Shown piece by piece: positions 24,401-36,400 of a stretch of 64,000 bases of DNA; the first letter of the stretch is position 1, and each line of letters starts with the position of its first letter. Location: contig NC_086108.1 of NCBI RefSeq assembly GCF_963921235.1, forward strand, positions 75,952,001 through 76,016,000, in the 5' to 3' direction. A program made the position numbers and the translations under genes. The notes under the pieces were generated by a model, which saw only the letters and a program-made list of their open reading frames with translations, was not told the DNA's origin and did not search any database. The stretch is from Mobula hypostoma (taxonomy: Eukaryota).

Positions 24401-27400
24401 CGGAGGGAAGGCCCCGAATCCTTGGCTTTGCTTGTTTCGGTGGCCAGGGCGAGGTCGAAGGCGCTTGGCAGAGGATGGTGCTCGGGAAGCTGTATCAGAG
24501 GGGCTGGTCGGAGGCTTAAAGTTTTTGGACGGACGGATGGACTCAGTGTCGGCTGTGGTCGGGTGCTTCCAATGCATCGGCAGCTGTCGGTGCCTGGAGG
24601 TTTATGGCAGGGAGTTTCACCCTTTGCCACCTGCTATCAGGGACTCGGGAGTCGATCAGGACTTGGAGACTTTTTTTTACAGTGCCCATGGTCTGCTGTT
24701 CATCAAATTATGGTATTGTTTTGCACTGCTGTAACTACATGTTATAATTATGTGGTTCTGTCAGTGTTAGTCTTTGGTTTGTCCTGTTTTTCTGTGGTAT
24801 CACTCTGGAGGAACATTGTATCATTTCTTAATGCATGTATGCATTTCTAAATGACAATAAACAAGGACTGAGTGTTCTCATAATCTAATATTAAAATAAT
24901 GTGTTGACAGAATAGAGTACAGACAGTCCACAATCTCAAGCTGAACCAAACCTTTGAAAGCTGGATTTTACTTCATAGAGCCTTTTCTGATTGCAGAAGT
25001 TCAGTAAAACATGAGTCAAGATGATAAGTTGAGAGGGACAGTGTGCAAACAAAGTGCAGTCAACCAGACTAACATGTCCCTTGAAAGCTTAACTCTCCTT
25101 TGTACAGCCTTTCTGTTCAAGCTTTGGAGCCAAGATTACCAATTACCAGACAAGATAAAGATGCAGACAAAGGATTCTAGGGCAGCACCTACTATGGAAC
25201 AACTATTTTACTAATTTTCAAGTATTTCAAGTATTTTAACACATCAGTTCAATTGGCCATTAATATCTGAAATATTATGTTTGGTACTTGAATATGTAAA
25301 TGATGTGATTCAGAAATGCACAGTTTCTATTAAATCAATTTCTATATCCAACTAGTTAATTTCTGTATAAAAATGGCATTTCTTTGTTCAAACCAGAACA
25401 GTTTGATGACAAAAGACAGGCTATTCTCATCATAAATAAAGTGTGATTGATTGAGACATGAGAACAAGTTGTCAGAGTACCGCTAAATGGCAATGACAGT
25501 TCAAATGATCAGATTCAGCAGGCGTTATCAGGTTACTTCTGTTGAGAAATGCATGAAAACAATTATACTACTTAATTTAGTTTTAATTTAAATAAACAGT
25601 ACCACCTACCTTTTGCATAATACCCTGTGGTGTTCAATCTTTGCTGCAAACAAAAAAAAAGTCACTCCATTAATATCACAACTATACCAAAATATTCAAC
25701 AGTATTACTATTGGGAATTACAGATGACAAGTTTTATGTGATCTTTTGAAGAGAAATTATAGCTCCAGTCTGATTAGAATCATGTTTATTATCACCTGCA
25801 AGTGACATAAAACCAAGCTCTGCAAGGAATCTGCAGAAGACAAGCAACTGCAAAGTCTCTTCCACAGTCAGATTAAAGAATCAATACTGAGGAACACAAT
25901 TCCTGGCTTAAAGAACTTAAGCTTAAATATTTCGTTCAACATAAAAACAAAATCCAGAGAGGATGGAAGTACAAAATTAGGAGAGATCAGTAATTGCTTT
26001 ATTTTAATTTTTTTTTGTGTGGGCACGTGGCCAAGTGGTTAACGCATTGGACTAGCTACCTGAAGGTCGCTAGTTCGAGCCCCAGCCAAGGGAACGTGTT
26101 GTGTCCTTGAGCAAGGCACTTAATCACACATTGCTCTGTGACGACACCAGTGCCAAGCTGTATGGGTCCTAATGCCCTTCCCTCGGACAACATTGGTGTT
26201 GTGGAGAGGGGAGACTTGCAGCATGGGCAACCGCTGGTCTTCCATACAGCCTTGCCCAGGCCCGCGCCCTGGAGAGTGAAGACTTTCCAGGTGCAGATCC
26301 ATGGTCTCACAAGACAAACGGATGCCTCAGTTAATTACTTTTAATCAAATCTGAAAGACTCTTCACTTATAAAAATAAACATTCAATGCAAGAGGGTCTA
26401 ATTGGTTGTTATGTTTTTATCATTCCATTAGAAATGGTTCCAAGATACTGCTCATCGCTAGTGGAGTTCGTGACTGTTAGATGCAGACCATTTTATTTAC
26501 AACGGGAATTCACCACTGTCCTTATAGTCAGTGTGTACATTCCCCCCCCCCCAGCGCTAATGCTAAGGAGGCACTCTGTGAACTGTATGGAGCTATTAGC
26601 AAACTGCAGAACGCACACCCTGATGGACTGTTTATTGTCGCCGGAGATTTTAACCACATGAACCTTAAGTCAGTGCTCCCCAAATTCCATCAATATGTGG
26701 ACTTTGCATCGAGAGGGGAGAACACGTTGGCCCTTGTATACACAAACATTCCCGACGCATACTGGGCGGAGCCCCGCCCCCACCTCAGTTACTCAGACCA
26801 CATCTCTGTTATGCTAATCCCAACATACAGACCGCTCGTCAGGCGCTCCAGACCAGTTCAGAAGCAGGTGAAAACCTGGCCAGCAGGAGCCATCTCTGCT
26901 CTTCAAGACTGCTTTGAGCACACTGACTGGCACATGTTCAGGGAGGCTGCAACCGATGGCGACTCTACCAACTTAGAGGAGTACACAGCCTCAGTGACTA
27001 GCTACATCAGCAAGTGCATTGATGACGTCACTGTGGCCAAGACCATCACTACATGCGCTAACCAGAAGCCATATACTTTGAATAAAGTATATTTTGAAAT
27101 TAAAAAACAGAAGCCATGGATGACCACAGAGGCACGTGCGCTGCTGAGGACCCGTGAGACCGCCTTCAGAGCAGGCAACAAGGCAGCCCTAACAACAGCG
27201 AGTGCCAAACTGTCCGGGGCCATCAGAGAGGCAAAGCTTGCACATGCCCAGCGAATCCACAGCTACTTCCAGGACAGCGACGACACATGGCACATGTGAA
27301 AGGGCATTCAGGACATCACCAACTACGAGACACCACCACCTGCATGTGCTGGTGATGCCTCCTTCCCAGATTCGTTGAATAACTTCTACGCTCATTTTGA

Positions 27401-30400
27401 GGCGGAAAATGATATGGCGGCGAGGAAGACCACCCCTCCTCCAAATGACCAGGAGCTGTGTCTTACCGTGGCCGATGTGAGGAGAACCCTGTGCAGGGTC
27501 AACCCACGGAAGGCTGCTGGACCAGACAATATTCCTGGCAGAGTGCTTAGAGGATGTGCAGACCAGCTAGCAGAGATTCTCACTGACATCTTCAACATCT
27601 CCCTGAGCAGCGCCGTCGTTCCTACTTGCTTCAAGGCCGCCATCGTCCCCATGCCGAAGAAGTCTTTAGTGTCCTGCCTCAACGACTACCATCCCATCGC
27701 ACTCACATCCATCATCATGAAGTGTTTCAAAAGGCTTGTCATGAGGCACATCAAGGCCCTGCTGCCCCCCTCACTGGACCCCCTGCAGTTCGTGTACCGT
27801 CCCAACCGTTCAACAGACGATGCCATTGCCATCACCCTCCAACTGGCCCTAACCCACCTGGACAAAAAAGACACGTACGTTCGAATGCTGTTCATAGACT
27901 TCAGTTCAGCATTCAACTCAGAAATTGATTGGAAAGCTGAGCCTACTGGGCCTGAACACCTCCCTCTGCAACTGGATCCTAGACTTCCTGACTGGGAGAC
28001 CTCAGTCAGTCCGGATTGGAAGCAGCATCTCCAACACCATCACACTGAGCACGGGGGCCCCCCAGGGCTGTGTGCTCAGTCCACTGCTGTTCACTCTGCT
28101 GACCCACAACTGTGCCGCAATACACAGCTTGAATCACATCATCAAGTTCGCCAATGACATGACTGTGGTGGGGCTCATCAGCAAGAACGATGAGTCAGCA
28201 TACAGAGAGGAGGTGCAGCAGCTAAGGGACTGGTGCAGAGCCAACAACCTGTCTGTGAATGTGAACAAAACAAAAGAGATGGTTGTTGATTTCAGGAGGA
28301 CACGAAACAACCACTCTCTGCTGAAGATCGATGACTCCTCCGTAGAGATCGTTAAGAGCACCAAATTTCTTGGTGCTCACCTGGCAGAGAATCTCACCTG
28401 GTCCCTCAACACCAGCTCCATAGCAAAGAAAGCCCAGCAGCGTCTCTACTTTCTGAAGGCTGAGAAAAGTCCATCTCCCACCCCCCAATCCTCACCACAT
28501 TCTACAAAGGTTGTATTGCGAGCATCCTGAGCAGCTGCATCACTGCCTGGTTCGGAAATTGCACCATCTCGGATTGCAAGACCCTGCAATGGATAGTGAG
28601 GTCAGCTGAGAAGATCATCGGGGTCTCTCTTCCCGCCATTACAGATATTTACACCACATGCTGCATCCGTAAAGCAAACAGCATTATGAAGGACCCCACG
28701 CACCCCTCATACAAACTCTTCTCCCTCCTGTCATCTGGCAAAAGGCACCGAAGTATTCGGTCTCTCACAACCAGACTATGAAACAGTTTCTACCTGCAAG
28801 CCATCAGACGCCTCAATACCCAGAGCCTGGACTGACACCAACCTACTGTCCTCTAAAGCAGGGGTCCCCAACCTTTTTTGCACTGCGGACCGGTTTCATA
28901 TTGACAATATTCTTGCGGACTGGCTGATCTGGGGGGGGGGGGGGAGGAGGGGAGCATGGGTAGGGTTGCCAATGGACAAGAGTAGCAGTCAAATACGTTG
29001 GGTTTACCCCGAGAAAGACTACAATGACCATGAAGCCTTGCGCGGGCACCAGTGCGCATGCGTGCACGTGCCGATTATTTCTGTACAAATCGTTTTTGCC
29101 AATTCTGTTCGGGGCGGGGGGGGGGGGTGGTGTTAATCAAGGACCGGAATATCGGTGATAAGTGGCTAATACACTCAATTTCATTTCTAAAAGGGTTTAT
29201 CTAACGAATTTAATATTAAACACACACCGCATATTTTCCTCGCATGAATATAGCGATAAGTCAATTATCAGGGGAGGACAGGGAAGCTTGAAGTAAGTGT
29301 TGAATGAACTTCCAGTAGAAGTGGCAGAAGCAGGTTCGATATTATCATTTAAAGTTAAATTGGATAGGTATATGGACAGGAAAGGAATGGAGGGTTGTGG
29401 GCTGAGTGCAGGTCGGTGGGACTAAGTGAGAGTAGCGTTCGGCACGGACTAGAGGGGCCGAGATGGCCTGTTTCCGTGCTGCAATTGTTATATGGTTATA
29501 TAAGTCAATAGCATCATAACATTTTAAGTAACGTTTGGATATTAACACAGCGCATATTTTCCCCGTATGAACATATAAAATCATTGCAACGCACCAATAT
29601 CACTGAATCAGTGACTGGGCTCAAGACGGTCCTATCGAGGAGTGATGGGAGACAGTGATACTCTAACGGGGTTCCTTATGTCCAATCTATTCCGCAATTT
29701 AGTTTTTGTTACATTCATTGCAGAGATATGTTGGAAATGGAAGCAACTTTTTCGGTGCTTCCGTGGCTATCTCAGGATATTGAGCCTTGACTTTGATCCA
29801 GAATGCCGGCAGAGATGCTATGTCAAACATACTTTTCAGCCCGCCGTCACTTGCAAGCTCGAGGAGTTGATCTCCTTCCCGTGCTGACATGGATGACGCA
29901 CGCGTAATGGCTCAACAGTGGGCGTGACAGGGAATGAGGAAAGGTGCAGCTGACTCATATCGCCAAATCATATCGTTTCCTCGTGGCCCGGTAGCGCATG
30001 CTCTGCGGCCCGGTACCGGTCCACAGCCCGGTGGTTGGGGACCGCTGCTCTAATGTGCATATTGTCTTGTTTATTATTTATTGTAATGCCTGCACTGTTT
30101 TGTGCACTTTATGCAGTCCTGGGTAGGTCTGTAGTCTAGTGTAGTTTTGTGTTGTTTTACGTAGTTCAGTGTAGTTTTTGTATTGTTCATGTAGCACCAT
30201 GGTCCTGAAAAACGTTGTCTCGTTTTTACTGTGTACTGTACCAGCAGTTATGGTCAAAATGACAATAAAAGGTGATTTGGCTTGACTTGAAAAGTACACA
30301 TGAATGAAAAGCCTTCACTTTTTCCCCAAGGTATTGAGTGGGAAGCTGACAGGCAAATGCCACAAGTTCATGCCCTTTTATGTTTCAATCCTCAGTCACC

Positions 30401-33400
30401 TGTGGAAAGCTTACAGAGAAGAATGGCAAGTTGAATAACAACTTTTTGATTTCTACACTTACCAATATGCACACATTCTAGAATTTGCTATCCAATTTAC
30501 TCTAGTTTTAGCGGGTGCAAATAGCCCTATTGGTGCTCCTACCTCAAAATTCTGTTGTATTATTGAAATACATAATTAACAGTTATTGGCTTCTCAACCT
30601 TGATTTGCCATTTGAACACAGCACAATTATGGTGTACTCTGTGGGATTCAGGCTAGAGGGAAAAGGAAAATTCGGCAACACTTCTCAGTGGCACCATCAG
30701 AGGCAGAGTGACATCATTCAATGCTTCTCAGATAGATTGTATTACAAAGCTATTACTGAAATGCCTGAAATCAGGTTATCTTATTTTACTCTCATTATAC
30801 ATTTGTGCTTGAAGACTTCTTGAAGACGACATCCTCACTGACTCCTGGCAATCTTCGGCCCACACTTGTTCAAGATGGAAATGGAGAATTTGGGATAGTA
30901 ATAAGAGTCTTGAGTCTTTGTACTGAAAGCATACCGAAGTTCCACATAATTTGCAGAAGGGATGAATCACCCTTTCATCCATCTTGTTGGCACCCACCTT
31001 CCCCTTTTGTGGAAGAGGCTATTTAATTTTATTCGTTAAAGGGATGTAAGCATCCCTAATTGCTCGAGAAAGTGGTGGTGAGCTGCACTGTCAAATCACT
31101 GCAATCCTTGAAGTGTGAGTCACAGAAAGGGAATTAAAGGATTTGTAACTGAGTCGTAGTGAACAAACGGCAACATATTTCCAAGTCAAGATAGTGTGTG
31201 ATGTGGAGGGCAACTTACAGATGGGAGTACTCCCATGCTTTTACTACCCTTGCCCTTCCAGCTGGTAGAGGTCATAGGTTTGGAAGATGCTGTCCAAGGA
31301 GTCTTGGTGAGTTTCAGCAGTACATCCTGTTAATGCTACGACAGTCAGTTCTGCCAGTAACCTACTTAAGTTTCTGTCAGTAGGTTCTCTTCTCTACAGG
31401 GACTCTCTGCATACTGCTTCAAAAATCCCTCTTGAATGCACGGAAGAAATCCTGCCCCCTCTAAGCTTCTTGTATGAAGCAAGTTCCAATTAATACTGGG
31501 CTAGTTGAAACCCCCTGCTTTTTCTGCAGCTTTCCAAAATCTCATTGTCTTTTATCCGGTTCTAATTAATGGATACGTTACCTCTGTCTCTCTCCAAAGG
31601 TGCTGTTCACCCTATATATTTACAGTATTTTCTGTAATGGCAGATGACCGTACACTTTTCTACAATGAAATTCATCAGTCAGTTTTTTTCATTTGCTTGA
31701 CCAATTTAATGGCTGCCTATCCTTGGGTCATTGTTTTCCAATCTTATCGTCCAAATTATTGATTTCCTGGTCTGCAGGAATATAGACAGATTCTGTATCG
31801 CCATATTTAACTAATTAATTAATTTTTAGTACTATACTCTAGCCTTCTGTCATTTTACCCTGATGTACATATATGTCCTGTCCACAATACACAGTCCATT
31901 TCACTACATGGACATTAACAATATGTAAACCTAGGCCAAGAAGCACTATCAAATTGCATAATACAGTGTTTTCAGAAAACTTTTCATTATTTATTGTCTA
32001 TTTCATGAAGTCACCAAAGTATTACTAAATCCTTTGCACATATGTACACCATTTGCAAGGAGATGCCTGGATGTAGCGTTAGACATTATTGTACAATCCC
32101 TGTTTGGATGGCAGGTACAGGCGTCCCCCACTTTACGAATGTTCACTTTACGAAACCTCGCTGTTACGAAAGACCTACATTAGTTACTGTTTTCGCTAAC
32201 AGAAGGTGTTTTCACTGTTACGAAAAAGGCAGCGCACAAAAAAAGGCAGCGTATGAAAAAGACAGTGCGCGCCCCGAGCAGCCAAGCTCCTCCCCCGGAA
32301 CTGCATTCTAGCCGACATTGCTTAAACACGTGCCTGTGAGCAGCCATTAGCAAGATGAGCTCTAAGGTATCGGAAAAGCCTAAAAGAGCTCGTAAGGGTG
32401 TTACACTTAGTGTAAAACAAATGTTTCGATCTTGGTGAACAAAGCAAGGACAAAGTGAGTTTGGCTTGTGGAAGCTGACGAAGATGATGTTGAAGAGGTA
32501 TTGGCATTCCATGACCAAGAACTGATAGATGAAGAGCTGATGCAATTGGAAGAGAAAAGGGTAACAATCGAAACCTAATGCAGTAGCGAATGGACCGAAA
32601 GTGAAGTCGTCCAGGAACTGACCATGAAGCAACTGCATGAGATTTTTGCTACAATGATTGCAGAAAAGTACGACTTTAATTTTGAAAGGGTACGTAGGTT
32701 TAGGGCATATTTGCAAGATGGTTTGAGTGCTTACAAAGAACTATATGACAGAAAAATGTGCGAGGCTAAGCAGTCAAGCATACTGTCATTTTTCAAGCCT
32801 TCCACATCAGCCACCGCAGACGACGAATCTCGACCTTCGACATCGAGGCAGGCAGACATAGAAGAAGATGACCTGCCTGCCCTGATGGAAACAGACGACG
32901 ATGAGATGATACCCCAGTGTCTCACCACCCCGATACCCCAGTGTCTCACCACTCCAACCCCCGGGCCGTGGACCGATACATTGCTGTGGAGAATGCAGTG
33001 GTAGCCGGGACGCACCCAACATATCTTTAAGAAAAAAGCCACAATAAACAAGCTAATTAATTAGGTGCCACCCGGCACGTAAGTGTTGGTCCAGATCAGA
33101 GGTGATTGCTGACTGCGTTGCTTCTGATCTGGGCTGACATTTACGTGCCGGGCAGCACCTAATTAATTAGCTTGTTTATTCCGGCCTTTTTCTTAAAGCC
33201 GTGCTGGGTGCATCCCGGCTACCGCTGTACCCCTGCATGCTTCGCCACTTGGTATCGGTCCGCAGCCTGGAGGTTAGGGACCACTGCACCACCCCAACCT
33301 CCGACGACTCAGCCTAACACACCATCATCAGTGTGCTCTGCGCTGTCTTCCCGATTCCGGTAAGTGATACTACGCTGTACATACATTATTTCTACTTTAT

Positions 33401-36400
33401 ACAGGCTTTATATGTGTTATTTGGTATGATTTGGCAGCTTCATAGCTTAAAGGTTACTGGAGAGAGTGTTTTTGCCTAAAGGGCTTGCGCCGTGTTTCTG
33501 CCGAGAGCACTTGTGTGAGATTTTCGCTACAGAGAACAGTGCCGCAATGATTGTAGAAAAGTATTTCTACTTTATATAAGCTGTGTATTTATCATATCAT
33601 TCCTGCTTTTACTATATGTTACTGCTATTTTAGGTTTTATGTGTTATTTGGCATGATTTGGCAGGTTATTTTTCGGGTCTGCGAACGCTCACAAATTTTT
33701 CCCATATAAATAAATGGTAATTGCTTCTTCACTTTATGACATTCCGGCTTACGAACCGTTTCATAGGAACGCTCTACCTTCGGATGGGGGGGGAAACCTG
33801 TATTCAAAATTAATCCACATAGGTGTTGCCTGCAAACATTGAATTGGCAATGAACGCAAGGCCTACTTTAGCAAAGCTTAACAGAGCCTACCTAACTCAG
33901 TTAAAGTTTTAGGGTCCAGAACTGTAGGAAATTACACTTACATTCTATATTCACCCCACATCATAGTAGTCCGTGAACCAGGACCCCAAATTTGGGCCAC
34001 CAGTACCACCTGGGGGGGAATAATTCTTATAGAGATTTTTGGCAAGGTATATACCCCTAGTGCTAGAAAATATGTGATAGCATTGCAGTGGTGGTAGCTT
34101 TCTTCTCAGGATGGGGATTCCATACCATATGTAATGCCTTAGCCATCTAGGAAAGCGATTTCGGGATGCTGGTTTAAAGGACGTATGCATAGAGGCTGGA
34201 ATTGTCGCAGAGGGGTCCATCAATAGAGTCCGTGATGGTAAACACTACATTCGTGCTGACAGGGTCCACAAGTACATCTATGAAGCACTGATGAGACTCG
34301 CACAGGCAGAGTTCACACCGTGGGTTGAAAACAACGTTCCAGAGAGGAGTGGGATGATCAAATCATTCTTAGACCATGCGAACGATATGGCCAGTGACTT
34401 GAACCAACAGAAGTTGAACAATCTACTGCAAAGTCTACTCTTAGCTGAACTGATAACCCTGTGGACAGACTTTCTGGAACACCTCCGCCACAACAATGGA
34501 GAGCAATTCGCGTTCTGGATATCATGCATTGACATGGTAGAGAACGTAGTACTCGGGTTTCTGTGCGCCTCTTGTGAGGGGGACTGGGAGTTGCACCTCC
34601 ATGCTCTAAGAACCATGATCCCATGGTGCTTTGCCTATGGTAAGATGAATTATGCCAGGTTCCTGTCCCCTTACTTTGCTCAGATGATGAACCTCCCAGA
34701 GAAGAATCCTTCTGTCTATGAGGCCTTCAAGACAGGCCAACTCTCAGCGCAGCTGTGAAGTAACAGCCCCTTTGGGCAGATCCCTGTGGACCAGGCTATT
34801 GAAGCCACAGTGAACAAAGACACACTGACTCCTGGAGGCACATCACGGTTCAGCCTGAATGCTGGAGCTATCAAGCGTTACTACATAACAGCTGAGCACC
34901 GCAGTGTATTCCTGGGACAGTTATGGGAGATGGTGCAAGGCAACTAATCAGAGCTTTGCCATGTGGAGCTACAGCGGCATCAACTCCCACCATGCAAGGA
35001 CTGCTTAATAAAACATCCACAGTGAGCCAACTACCAGGCTGGTATATGGAGAAGATGTTTTGAGAAGGACCCACAAGTGCAAAGCCCTGTTGGCAGAGCA
35101 TGGGAAATGAAGAGAGAAAAGGAAGCTGTAAAGGCAGTGGTGCACTGGTTAGAAGGCCAGCCAGCACCCGATGCAGTCCTGGATCTACTGGCCTGTAACT
35201 GTCCAAACAAATGTTCACTCCCAAGATGTATGTGTCTTGCAAATGGCCTCAGGTGTACTGACATGTGTAAACTGGCAGACTGTGAGAACCAGGCATCCAC
35301 CTCAGAGAGTGTGGAAAGTTCAGATGAAGATGTGGAAGACGTGGAAGTCTTGGAAATTTATTACTATTAATCATAATTATGAAAATTATTATTATTATTA
35401 TGATAAGGCTACCACTGGTGCAATGCTATCACATATTTTCTAACTCTAGAGATGTATACCTTGCCAAAAATCACTATGAGCATTATTCCCCTCAGGTGGT
35501 ACCAGCCAACCCTACTGGCTCATGGACTTTAGGATTCCTTCACATTCATCGCCATTCTCGATCTCAGCCCCAGCTACACTCCACAGCATGACCTCTTAGT
35601 GACCTGTCCCACAAACACCCAATCACCGTCCTCAATCCCACTCCCAAAACCAGCTAAATATGACAACCTATTCTCTATAACAGCCTAATCTAATCTTTGA
35701 AGTTCTAATACTTCATTCCTATCCCTCCCTCTTTCCATCCTAATCTTCCAGACAATCTACCTATTCCTCCATAATGAAGCAGGAAAGTGCGCAAAGTAAG
35801 TGCACAAAATGTACAATACCTATTCTTCTCCACTTGACACCTTAGACAATAGAACCTTGCAGGTAGAGGCCTGTGCACAAACCATTAGCCTTTCAAGGCA
35901 GACAGGTTCTAAGCCAGAGAACCCATTCAAATACCGAACTTGAGCATACAGTTGCAAGAAAATGTTTGTGAACCCCTTGCAATTACCTGGTTTTCTGCAT
36001 TAATTACTCATAAAATGTGGTCTAATCTTCATCTAAATCACAATAGATAAACACAATCTGCCTAAACTAATAACACACAAATAACTGTATGTTTCATGCC
36101 TTTATTCAAAATATTTTTTAATCATTCACAGTCCAGACTGGAAAAAGTACATGAACCCTTGAATTTAGAAACGTAGAAAACCTAAAGCACAATACAGGTC
36201 CTTTGGCCCACAAAGTTCTGCCAAACATGTCCTTACCTTAGAACTACATAGGCTCACCCATAGCCCTCTATTTTTCTAAGCTCCATGTACCTATCCAGGA
36301 GTCTCTTAAAAGACCCTATCGATTCCGCCTCCGCCAGCAGCCCATTCCACGCACTCACCACTCTCTGAGTAAAGAAAATTACCCCTGACATCTCTGTACC

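Larger units (their letters stand above)
26420..30290 (+). mobile_element. Rex1/Babar-like LINE with APE endonuclease and RT (frameshifted), interrupted by a hAT element
   Basis: RPFYL, AGDFNH, SDH (APE); [48 protein letters not shown]; 3' UTR resumes at 30048 and ends in a (gactt)n tail. Confidence 0.93.

Noticed and set aside
24173..24850. Overlapping 116-173 aa ORFs on both strands
   Set aside because: Chance ORFs in a GC-rich non-autonomous repeat; no motifs or splice support.
26021..26095. Possible tRNA gene
   Set aside because: A and B boxes are present, but it runs into a SINE body with no clean acceptor stem or terminator.
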